Made by a program: the position numbers and the translations under genes. The notes beneath the pieces were generated by a model, which was not told where the DNA came from, made no database searches, and worked only from the letters and a program-made list of their open reading frames with translations. From assembly GCF_006345805.1 (NCBI RefSeq), contig NC_042998.1:97712001-97776000 (forward strand): DNA of 64,000 nucleotides, given 5' to 3'. This DNA is from Octopus sinensis (lineage: Eukaryota). Below, piece after piece: positions 49,206-60,584 of this stretch. Within the stretch, counting starts at the first letter, position 1, and every line of letters starts with the position of its first letter.

Positions 49206-51420
49206 CAGTTTCTCTTCTTTATCCAAAATCATTGTTGTGCTTACATTTTATTGGGGTTTTCACTGGGACATTCTCCCAGTACTCCTTTTTATTATGAGTG
49301 ACTATGGCTTCTACTATACTGTGCATTCTTATTTCTTTGTCCTTGGGGTTATCCTGCCTATAGATTTCATTATAGAGTGTCCTAGCTACAACATCATGAC
49401 TCATTGGTGGATAATACTGTGATAACATTTTCAGACAACTGCTTAGGATGTGGGTGATATCTTCGATATTAACTCCACAAAGTCTGCAGTGGTTGTCACA
49501 TTTTATTGCTTTTCCTTCATCTCTATCCCTTTTGTGCATCAAGTATTTGGTTGATATTTCCTGTTCATGGATTGCAAACACATACCCTTCAAAGTGGGAG
49601 GTATTATCCAGTTATAGATCCATGATAGATTGCTTTGATGATCAATATTACTATCATCTTTCTACTAACATATATGCTCATCCTTTCATCTGATGATATG
49701 TTGCAGTAGAGTTGTGTGACTTCCCTGGGCATGCATTTAAGGTTATCAGACAAGGAATGCTGCTCAAGGAGATGCCTTTCAAGTCTTGAAAGGCATCTCC
49801 TTGAGCAGCATTCCTTGTCTGATAACCTTATGATAACAGTCTTATGATGTTATCAACCTCGTGTATACAAATTTGGTCAAGGGATGCACTTCAGCTCTTG
49901 GTGGTTAAAAGATGTTGCTAAAGGGATATGATATGACATTCAAAGGCATTTTGGATTGATATTAAGCCTCTGCCACCTTGTTTTCATTTTAGGAAGAGGT
50001 GCTCAATCTCACTCTTTATGTGGAAATTATATGTGCTTGTTAGTATTTTCCAGGTTTTCACATCAATGGCGTGGATCTCATCAAGCATCCAATCAAGCAT
50101 CCCAAATGTTTGTTTGAGTACTGGAACTGCAAAATCATTGTGGGCCACTGTTTTATTGAATGCAGAGAGTTCTGAGGACCAAATTTTCTTTATTCAGCTG
50201 TAATATTCTTTGGTGATATGTTTTGTTACAGGTGCCATTGTAAGATATGTTTTCATCCACCCCTAGATACCTGTAACATTCCTCATCAGATAGAGTCAAG
50301 TCATTGCTAGTCTGATTTACAGTTATCCCACTTTTTACAACCATATAACAATGTTTATCCTGGCCAAACTCCAACCCTACATCCTTTGAGAATGTTGTAA
50401 CTAGGTCAAGGCTTTTTCCCTCATGTGCATATTCTTTGCATAAAGTTTCAAGTCATCCACAAAGAAGGCGTCTAATTTTGGTATTTCTGTTTCTTTGTGA
50501 ACCTGTGAGATATTCTTCAAACTTCCTTAAGATGAATGACAAGGGGTTTACAGAAAGTATAAACAACATCACAGAGAGGCAGTCCCCTTGGAATATGCCT
50601 TTGCAATACTGTATTCTATCTGTGATAATACAGTCACCCTTTGAGTTTAATTTCAAGATGGTGGCCCATGATGACGCCAGGTCAGCTATAGCTTTGACTA
50701 TCCTCACTGGAACTTTAGTAAGTTGAAGGGCTTCTAGCTTCCATGAGTGGGGATCAGAGTCAAAGGCTTTCTTGTAGTCTAGCCACATTGAAACTAGGTT
50801 CCTCCAATGTTCTTGCACATCTGACATCACAGTTTTGTTGATTAACAATTACTCAGCACATCCCCAGACTCCCTTCCTCCCAGCTGCTTGTTCTGCTGTG
50901 ATGATGTTACTGGTTTTACAATGGTTCTGGGGGAAGAGGTTTAAGCATGCTGTATATATCTTACACATTAAGTTCTGGCATGCAACTGGCCAGTAGTTTT
51001 TTGTCATGTGGGTGGTTCTGCATTTGGGGATCAATTTTGTCTCTGCCAAAGCTAACCACTGTGGTATGCTACTGTTCCCATTGAGAGTTTGCTGGTACAG
51101 ATTGATAAGATGTGATTGGTAGAAGGTTAGCTTCTTGTACCAACATCCAACAATCAAGTCTCTTCCAGGTGCTTTTTCATCCTGGAGTTTCTGGATTACA
51201 GTTGCAAGGATATCACCATCAATGCTGTATGTCTTGGGTGTAATGCAGGAGCAATAACTACTTTGGATTTTTCCAACCACAGAGCATCTTGCTTAATCTC
51301 TTCTCTTCATTCCAGATTTTCCTCCAGAAGGAGTCTATCTCTTATGAAGGAGCTTCTGTGATGTTCACTGCTCCTCTTCTCATGTTTCTGTATACTGCTG
51401 CCTGGCTCCAGTTACATTTT
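49205..51420 (-). mobile_element. R4/Dong-like RLE non-LTR retrotransposon, disrupted
   Basis: KAPGRDLIVGCWYK, NYWPVAC, WLDYKKAFDS, GIFQGDCLSVMLF, and C-terminal CRLCGVNIEDITHILSSC...HDVVA zinc knuckle. Confidence 0.9.
49738..49830. repeat. Perfect inverted repeat, 46-bp arms, 1-nt spacer
   Basis: 49738-49783 is the exact reverse complement of 49785-49830. Confidence 0.95.
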
Positions 51421-51456
51421 TTGTTTATTGTTTTTGTTTGTATGTATGTATGCATG

Positions 51457-51622
51457 CAGGGCCTACTCAAGGTACTAGAAACTCAGGCAGTCGCCCAGAG
51501 TGCCATGTACTTTTTAGTTTATATTTTCAGTTTTTCTCCTAGTGAAAGTTTAAAAAAATTATTCTTGTAAGGGCACTAAAGTTCAGCTTGCTTGGGGTGC
51601 CTCAACCCTAGGGCTGGCCCTG
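51457..51622. mobile_element. hAT-type MITE
   Basis: Termini cagggcc...ggccctg. 8-bp flanks tatgcatg / aatgtatg (6 of 8 identical). Confidence 0.6.
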
Positions 51623-51837
51623 AATGTATGTGAATGTGTGTATATGTGTGCGTGTATGTGCGCACGTCTGTGTGTGTGTGTATGTGTGTGTGTGCCACAC
51701 ACTGCAGTCGTAACTCGAGTGCTCAAGTTTCATGTATAACATTTGTTAAACATGCGTTAGATGTGTTTATACTGTTGTTTGACAAGTGTTGACTCCTGGG
51801 GAGACTACAGTGATATTTTCATTATTAAAATGATGTA

Positions 51838-51886
<49 letters not shown>

Positions 51887-52370
51887 GACACACATACGCA
51901 CACGCACAACACACATATGCATATGAAATGAGAGAGTTAGTAGGGAGAAAGAATGGGAGGAATTTAAGAAAAAACGTAGTGTGATTATATAAAAAAGATA
52001 AACATTTTGCCAAATAAATCATTATATAATGATGGTGACATAGGATAGCATCACTCAAGTGCAACTATAAACCATATCCAGATCGACGATAAACGAAAGA
52101 TAACTACCTTCACCTTTACAGAAGGGGAGAGGTTGAGGAACAGAGGAGGACGAAGGTGACGAGCTAGAGGGGAAGAAAAGATGGAGGAGGAAATTAGGAG
52201 GCGAAATTTTACAAGAAAACAAAAGTAAAAGGTAAAAAAAGAAGAAAACTAGGAAAAGATGAGTTGGTGGTGAAAGAAGATAACTAAATAGTTATAGCAT
52301 ACTTCAGAAAGAAGCCGACAGGCAATCAGTAAATTTTACTTTAAATTCATCGACATGTACGAATTATTTC

Positions 52371-52374
52371 ATTT

Positions 52375-52450
<76 letters not shown>

Positions 52451-52462
52451 AGTGTATATATA

Positions 52463-52493
<31 letters not shown>

Positions 52494-52504
52494 ATATTAT
52501 ATAT

Positions 52505-52540
<36 letters not shown>
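52371..52540. repeat. (TCTA)n followed by (TA)n
   Basis: Direct reading. Confidence 0.95.
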
Positions 52541-52541
<1 letters not shown>

Positions 52542-52723
52542 TATTTAAAGCAGCAGAAAATTCAACAAAACCTGTTACTCTGAGTTTCCCGTTGCCGTTC
52601 ATCGGAACTCAGAGTAACAGGTTTTGTTGAATTTTCTGCTGCTTTAAATAAGCATATTACTCTACCACTGGTATTTGAGTACTCTTTTTTCCACCTTGTT
52701 TCACATTTATGTATTTACTCCGG
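52541..52723. mobile_element. Fold-back PLE-type terminal repeat (46-bp arms, 19-nt spacer) with a hammerhead-like core on the minus strand
   Basis: 52541-52586 is the reverse complement of 52606-52651. Minus strand CCGAUGA-acggcaacgg-GAAAC-ucaga-GUA-acagg at 52571-52605. Confidence 0.7.
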
Positions 52724-52798
<75 letters not shown>

Positions 52799-52966
52799 TA
52801 TTAGGGAATAAATCCAAATTTACAGGGAAAAATCAGATTTAGGATTAAATCCAATTTTATAGTAAAATATTATATAATATAATTCGAGACAAAACCACTA
52901 TTTTGCAAAACAAACAAGGAAAGACTTAATCAATACATAAAAATTTTAATATAAAGAAATAAACCG

Positions 52967-53009
52967 CCACTACAATCGTTTCATGTCTTCAATGACATTC
53001 GTCAGGTGG
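52967..53009 (-). ncRNA. Minimal type I hammerhead (mirror copy)
   Basis: Reverse complement of 53058-53100. Confidence 0.88.
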
Positions 53010-53057
53010 ATTTTCGATCTCCTAATCTGTTTTAAAACAGATTAGGAGATCGAAAAT

Positions 53058-53100
53058 CCACCTGACGAATGTCATTGAAGACATGAAACGATTGTAGTGG
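53058..53100 (+). ncRNA. Minimal type I hammerhead ribozyme, intact motif
   Basis: ccac-CUGACGA-auguc-auugaa-gacau-GAAAC-GAUU-GUA-gugg. Predicted cut after 53096. Confidence 0.88.
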
Positions 53101-53434
53101 CGGTTTATTTCTTTATATTAAAATTTTTATGTATTGATTAAGTCTTTCCTTGTTTGTTTTGCAAAATAGTGGTTTTGTCTCGAATTATATTATATATATA
53201 TATATAATTTTTCCATCGTCTAGGCTTAAAAAAAGGCCCTCAATGTTGGTTTCTTTGTCCTGTTTTTATTCTTTATGTGTACTGTATTTTTTTGTATTTG
53301 TATTTTTATTTTGTATTTGTATTTTTATTTGTATTTTTATTTGTATTGCTTTTACGTCCTGTTCTTGTCACATTTTTTTCTTTCCTTGTTTTTAACCTTC
53401 TGCAAAAGAATTTTATTTAATTCTTTTGCAGGGT

Positions 53435-53496
53435 CGTGTTCTGTCCTTACCTTCGAAACACGCATGGAGTCGAACCAGGGACAGCTGATGAAGGGG
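53435..53496 (+). ncRNA. Candidate non-circularly permuted hammerhead
   Basis: cgugu-U-cuguccuu / cuuc-GAA-acacg / agggacag-CUGAUGA-A-gggg. Stems of 5, 8 and 4 bp. Confidence 0.7.
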
Positions 53497-53624
53497 AATA
53501 TTCCTTGTATTGTTTGTCTTGTACTCTGTTTTTTCGTTGTTAAAAAAAGTCCGTTTCCTTGTTTGTTTTTATGTTTTCGTTTCTCGTTGAGTTCTACGTC
53601 TATTTCTCAGAATAACGAGAAATG

Positions 53625-54983
53625 TATCACGCATGTGCTAGCCCACAGAGTTAAAGAGACACATACAATATTTCATTCACCGCATGCAGTTCTCAGGTTA
53701 CAGCCATAAAGAAATTTGATAATATATTATGTAATGATAGGAATGGGATTTGCCCACTCTATAGGAACAAGTCATGGAACACTATAGAAAGGACAAAAAA
53801 GGAAATACGGAAGGCCAACTCTTGGTATGATAGTCATAAATACCAGAGTGTCATGTTCGTTGACACCACCTCTGGAGGTGAACTGGCGTACTTAAGCTAA
53901 GAATTAAGGTTGTTGAAAAGCCAGGCAACCCTATCAAATCTATAATTGGTAGAACCTATCCTTTTAGTAGAACCCCCTGTACGGATAAGTACTGTACTGT
54001 ATGTAGATTTAGCCCACAAACAAACTGTAAAGCCAAAAATGTAGTCTATAGTATAAGATGTATAGAGGGACGATGCAGTAACAAGACAACGACATATGTA
54101 GGGGAAACGGCAAGAAGCATAGGAGAGCGGGTAAATGACCATTGGAGACAATTCAAGGAAGGTAAAAGCTCATCGATTCTGTACCAACACGCCGAACAGG
54201 AACACGGGGGATCAATCAACAATATAGAAATTAAAATATTGTCCACACATAGAACAGATGCAACAATCAGACAAATTACAGAAGCTACACACATAATAGA
54301 AAATAAACCTAGCCTGAATAGAAAACTAGAATGGAGCACTAGCACACAGCACAACATATGACGATAGAGGATCCCGAAAACATAATAAATACACAGATAA
54401 ATAAACAAATAGAAATAAATAACTATATATATACATATATTCGATTCGATTTATTATTATTATTACAAGTATTGTTGTTATACATACATACATACATACA
54501 TACATACATACATACATACATACATACATACATACATACATACATACATACATACAAGCATATGTAATGATAATAATAAGTGGATGTAAACACATAAACA
54601 AAATAAGAATAAACAAAAACAACAACAACAAAAACAAAATACAAATTACATGAACGTATATAAACAGAAGATACAAATATTACAGGCATCCCCCCACATA
54701 CACACAATAAATAAACATAGACGCACATAGAGATATAAGCATGCGCAAATGAAGACATACAATAGAAATACAAAATGGCTGACGGTTAGTAAGGAGAGAC
54801 ACAAATAAGAAAGAAGAAAACAAAGGACCACTGATGCGGTCACAGGAGTTTGACGAAAGAACTCTGGCCGAAATAAGATTAAGATTAATGTAAAAAATAA
54901 ATAACACTGAAGCAAAATAACACCAAATATATAGTGCGTGTGTTTTTATTGGCTAAACTGGCAAAATGACCATTCCGAAATAT

Positions 54984-54990
<7 letters not shown>
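53625..54990 (+). mobile_element. Penelope-like element 3' part (Cys-rich linker plus GIY-YIG, Neptune/Nematis-like) with 3' repeat
   Basis: PLYRNKSW...SVMFVDTT, then an open frame 53897-54361: CTDKYCTVC...NVVYSIRC...YVGETARSIGERVNDH...RQITEA...PSLNRKLEW*. Confidence 0.9.
54825..54869 (+). ncRNA. Degenerate minimal type I hammerhead in the PLE 3' repeat
   Basis: ggacca-CUGAUGC-G-guca-caggaguu-ugac-GAAAG-AA-CUC-uggcc. Confidence 0.6.
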
Positions 54991-55058
<68 letters not shown>

Positions 55059-55200
55059 TGTATATATATATATATGCATGTATATATACATGTAGATGTA
55101 GGTACGTACATATATGTATGTATGCATATATTTTATTTATTAAATTATTGTATGACTGAGCGCCCTCGCGTCGTTTCGTTTCCTTTCTTTTCTCCAAGTA

Positions 55201-55260
<60 letters not shown>

Positions 55261-55267
55261 ATATTAG

Positions 55268-56661
55268 ACATAAGCATAACTGCAAATTTACGCAGCTTGA
55301 TATTATTGACTTTTACCCGTCAATATCTAGGCCTTTACTCCTAAAAGCATTAGACTTCGCTAAGCAGTATGTCAACATCGATAACTCGGAAATTGATATT
55401 ATCATACATGCGAGGAAATCACTTCTTTTTTGCGAGGATTCCACCTGGGTTAAGAAGATTGAGGATTCTCTTTTCGATGTACCGATGTGGGCATATGACG
55501 GGACTGAGTTATGTATGCTCATAGGAGCCTTTATTCTACACAATCTAAAACTAGAATTCCCGTTTATAGACGTAGGTTTATATAGGGATGACGGCCTTAT
55601 AGTCACCCATAATTTAAACGGTCATGAATCAGATAAGCTTAGGAAGGATCTTATTGCTTTCTTCCAAAGGATGGGCTTACGGGTTACGAAAGATACTAAC
55701 CTGAAAAGTGTAGATTTTTTTTAGATGTAAATTTGGATCTAAGGTCGGATAAATTTAAACCTTACCGTAAGCCTAATGATAAGCTATCTTATATTAGCAA
55801 AGAATCCAATCATCCACCAGTTATTCTTAGGAACTTGGTAATGTAAGTAGACGAATATCGTCAATTTCTTCGAATGAGGCAGCATTCCAAAATGCCGCAC
55901 CTTCTTACAAAAGCGTATTAAGGAATAGTGGATTCTCCGAGAAGATCCAGTATAACCAGCTTAATGCTAGCAGTAATGCTACACATAGAACTAGGACTAG
56001 GAAAGTTTTGTGGTTTAACCCAGCTTTCAATATGGCCGTAAAAACAAATATAGGTAGGGAATTCTTAAAATTAGTCTCTAGGCATTTTCAACTTGACTAT
56101 AAGTTTTATAGAATATTTAATAGAAGAACGCTTAAGATCAGCTATTCTTACTACAGAAACTTCGCCTCTTTCATTAACCAACATAACAGTAGGATAATTG
56201 CTAATAATCATAGTGCCGATTCTCTTCTTAAAAATTGTAATTGGAAAGATGGGTCCTTCTGTCCGTTGGAAGGAAAATGTCTGGAGAAAGGAATCGTGTA
56301 TAGAGCCAAGGTGCAGAAAGAAGGCTCACGGAATATAGAACTTATACAGGAGCTTCTGAAAATTCTTTCAAAACCCGATTCTATTCGTATAAAATTCCTC
56401 AGATACCCCGAAAATAGGACGAAGACCAGCCAGGCAAAATATGTCTGGGAATTAAAAGAAAGAGAAGCCCGACTTTTCAACGTGACATGAAGTATTGTGG
56501 ATAGAGCTGCACCGTACAGGCACGGTACACATAAAAGACCCATCAAATGTGATTTATGCCAGTTGAAAAAATATTTCATTTTATTCCAGGACAATAACTC
56601 TTTAAATCAAAGAAGCGAACTCTTGAATTCCTGCAGACATGCAGCTAAATTTAAAATGTAG
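55268..56661 (+). mobile_element. Naiad-like Penelope element (RT plus GIY-YIG), 5'-truncated and frameshifted
   Basis: [57 protein letters not shown]...SELLNSCRH. Confidence 0.92.
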
Positions 56662-56865
56662 GCTAGCAATATACCATATGGATAGCGTATATTTTTGATT
56701 CTTGGACTAGTTTTTAATCACACTGTTGGATTTGTTTCTTATTATGCATGATTTACTCCGCATCGCAAAGTTATTGTATATATTTCTACATATTTCTTAA
56801 GGAAAACCTTCGACTGTTATATGCAAATATTTTCTTGTTTAAGATTCTGCTTTAATTCCATTTTA

Positions 56866-58564
56866 TTGTACCAGTGTACCATTGTACGAGTAATTTGCTG
56901 TACGAGTCGAGGCTCGTGAGAATTTTTGTCTTGAAGTACGAGCGGAAATCCGAAGTACGAGCGGAAATCCACAGTACGAGCAATTCACATCTGTCCTCGA
57001 AAGGATGGAAAATTTTCTTTTGTGGATCAACGAGAAGTAATTCTCACGAGATACGATTACGGAGACCATCATCTGCGAGAAAGCACGCGCGCTGTATGGG
57101 TATCTCTTGAAGTAGAATCCTGAAACATCGACGGAGGAGACATCAGCAGACGCATTTAAGGCCAGTCGCGGCTGATTTGATAATTTCAAGAAGAGGACTG
57201 GCGTTTATAGCGCCATCAAGTATGGAGAAACAGCGAGCTCTAACACGAAGGCAGCTGAAGATTTCGTGCGTGAATTCCGTCAGTTCATCACAGCCGAGGG
57301 GTACATCGCACAACAGGTATTCAACTGTAATGAAACTAGTTTTTTCATTAATTCTTTCTTTCTTTTCTTTTCTTTTCTTTTTTTTTTAAATTTGCCCAGA
57401 AGAGCCTACATAACTGCAGAGAAGAAAACGTCAGGCCACAATCCTATGAAAGAGGCTAACTCTCGCCCTTTGTGCCAATGCGAGTGGCGACTTGATGATT
57501 AAGGTTCTCCTTGTCTACAATTCCGAAAACCCACGAGTGTTCAAGTCGCACAAAATACAGAAGGTCATGTGGAGGGAAAACGTTAAAGCCTGGATCACCA
57601 GGCAATACTTCTCTGAGTGGGTGAGCCTTGTCTTCGGATCAGCAGTGAAAAGGTATCTTCTGGATAACAATCTTCCTCTCAAGGCCCTCCTCACCCTCGA
57701 CTATGCTTCTGCTTACCTTCTTAACCTTGAAGATGAGATGCTGGACGAATTCAAATTTATAAAAGTTATGTACCTTCTACGCAACACCACCCCTATCTTG
57801 CAGCCCATGGACCAACAGGTGATTTCTAATTTTAAGAAATTGTACACCAAACACCTGTTTCGTCGGTGCTTTGAAGTCACCGAAAATACAAATCTAACTC
57901 TTCGTGACTTTTGAAAGGAGCACTACAACATTGTAAACTGCCTGAAAATCATCGATATGGCCTGGCAGTGTAGCGGAGAATGTTATCTCTACGAGTGACA
58001 TAAAGGCAGTGTTGGCAAAGTGGCAGTATGTTTCTGAATTTGTAGAAAAATAAGTAGCTACAAGTCACGTAGCTGCTTAAGCTGCTATATTTAATGACAC
58101 TGCTCTGGTGCATTTTCGTAACATTTTGAAAGGCAAGAAAAAGTAGACTTCTCTTGATATGTTTCTAATGAAACGACCTGCAAATGTAAAAAGTGAAGAA
58201 AGTGTATCCAAAGCGTCTAAATTAAGCGAAGTGAGAGAGAAAACGCTAGAAATTGTTCTTCATGAAATCTTAATAGGAGATTCTCCATCCAAACAGTAAT
58301 CCTCCTCTCCGCTCTATTGTCTTCCCCGCTCACAAATCATCCATCCAATTCAGGTAATAAAACCACTTTACATATTTCTTATGCATTCTCTTTTTTTATA
58401 ATTGTCATTTTACTTGTAACTACACCTTCTCTGTTTTAAAACCGTTTTTGGTTGCTGCAATGGATTTTAGTTAATTTCAAAGGAGAAAATTGATTTGTAA
58501 AACGAGTAAATTCAAGACGAGCTCGGTCATGGAACGAATTAAACTCGTACTACGAGGTATTACT
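56866..58564 (+). mobile_element. Tigger/pogo DNA transposon, disrupted transposase, right TIR present
   Basis: IICEKARALY, FKASRG*FDNFKKR, QVFNCNET, KAWITRQYFSEW, NTTPILQPMDQQVISNFK. TIR '...aaactcgtactacgaggtattact'. Confidence 0.92.
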
Positions 58565-58696
58565 ACACACACATACACACACACGCACACGCACACACAG
58601 TGTTTTATTAAACCCGAAAAATTTTTTTTCATACTGTTCAGAATTTCACCTTACTGTTCGTCAGATAGTTGTGATTGTGTATGTATGCATGCATGC

Positions 58697-58775
<79 letters not shown>

Positions 58776-59699
58776 TGTATGTATGTATGTATGTACACGA
58801 ATATGTATAGGTATGTGCTTCTGTGCACGTGCGCGCGCGTGTGTACGTGCATTTCTCAATAGCAAATATAAAAAAGTAATTATCTAGGTACATTTGTAAA
58901 ATATCCTCACTTAACAATTTGTGTTATTCAGTTTCCCGCCCACCGGCTGTTACTGAGATTAATTTACAGAAAAGTAACTGATCTAAAAATAGGTGTGTAA
59001 CGTCTACTGGTCTACATTAGGACATAACATATGTTTATACACACCTCGTGAGTATATCTCCTTAGGTATATAATTTCATGAAATCTTATGCTGCACAGAG
59101 TTTGAATTTTTTCCAGTTTCTCTGTCAGTGAGAAGGTTTAGACGTAAAAAAATCGTATGAACTGCGTGCAAAAAATTCAGTGAAGCATGCGTGCGTATAT
59201 GTAGGTGTGTGCGTACATTCGTGTGTGTATGTGCGCGCGCGCGCGCGCGCGTGCATGCATGTTTGTATGTATGTACACACTCGCACATGCACACAGACAC
59301 TCATCGTTCTCATTTTCCCAACACACGCACAAAATTTTATCTATCTCATTCTCATTCTCCCATTATACATACGCGTGTGCACACACATACACACACGCAC
59401 ATATCTGTCTGTCTACCTGTGTATGTATGTATGTATGTATGTATGTATGTATGTGTATATCATCTATCATTATCATCGTCAGTTTACATCTGTTTTTTCC
59501 CCCATACTGGCATGAGTTAGATGGATCTCATAATGATGTCACCACTTGGCATAGAGAAACCACCCATCTCTGTTTTGTGATATGTGATGCTTTATTGGCA
59601 CAGCTATTACAGTTAGGTGTCTTCCCTATCACCAACCACTTTTCAGTAGAATATATGTATGTATGTGTGTATGTATGCATGCTTACACACACACACTTA

Positions 59700-60543
59700 C
59701 AGGGCTTTTGGGCTAAATTTGATATATTTATGTCTCCTTTTTTCAGGAACAGCTTGATGTATCGGTGAACAGTCACTAGCGTTGGAGAGCATAAAGATTA
59801 AAGTTGTATCTGAGAAAAAATTAGCTGACTTGGAGGATTGGAAGCCGTTTGAATATTGAAAAAGTGTTACCTGTATCGTTATAATTTGTACCAGGTTTCA
59901 AAATGCCAACATCATGACTGCTGCTCAATGTTCTGTGAACACTGTAAAGGCAGTAAGATGTGACATGGTCACCTGCAAAGCCTACAAAGCTGTGTCCAAC
60001 AGGAAGGGACACAGCAGATGTTGTGTCGGTCACCCACATGCTGGAATTTATTACTACATCTTTAAACAAGGCATTAGGCTGAATTCAGACATTATGAGAA
60101 GCTGCTAGGGACTGTGGTCAATCCCTGGCTGGAGTGGGTTACTGTTGATGTGACAGCAGGATTCACTTCCTTGTTATACTTCTGGAAAGAGTCAGTAGTG
60201 GTTTTCAGAATTATTTCTAAGTCTTCACTAGCTCCAATTTCTGGCCTCCTCATTTCACCAACTGTAATCTCATGGATTACTATGTGTGGATCACAAATGA
60301 ATAAGACACCAACCACTCTGCCTGCATCACCAAGGCCAAGCAGGTGGCCAAGATTAAGGAGGTGTTTGAGGATCATCCCAGGGACACAGTGGGTCATTTT
60401 GTAGCCACATTGGAAGCTGAGGGCAGCTACTTTGAGTAGATTGATATATATCTTTTGATTTAAAAAAAAAAAACTTTTATTTTTGGATAGAATATTGTTT
60501 TCTTTTCCTTTTAAGCAAACTATCAAATTTAGCCCAAACAGTA

Positions 60544-60545
<2 letters not shown>
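59700..60545 (+). mobile_element. Internally deleted maT-type Tc1/mariner with both TIRs
   Basis: TA|cagggcttttgggctaaatttgat ... atcaaatttagcccaaaca..tg|TA. VNPWLE and SPTVISWITMCG frameshifted transposase remnants. Confidence 0.85.

Positions 60546-60584
<39 letters not shown>

Larger units (their letters stand above)
52871..53196. repeat. Perfect spacerless 326-bp palindrome
   Basis: Arms compared base by base. Centre at 53033/53034 (ctgttttaaaacag). Confidence 0.97.

Noticed and set aside
56488-56490. In-frame TGA as selenocysteine
   Set aside because: It aligns to a position that is usually Trp (WSI), so a TGG-to-TGA mutation is the simpler explanation
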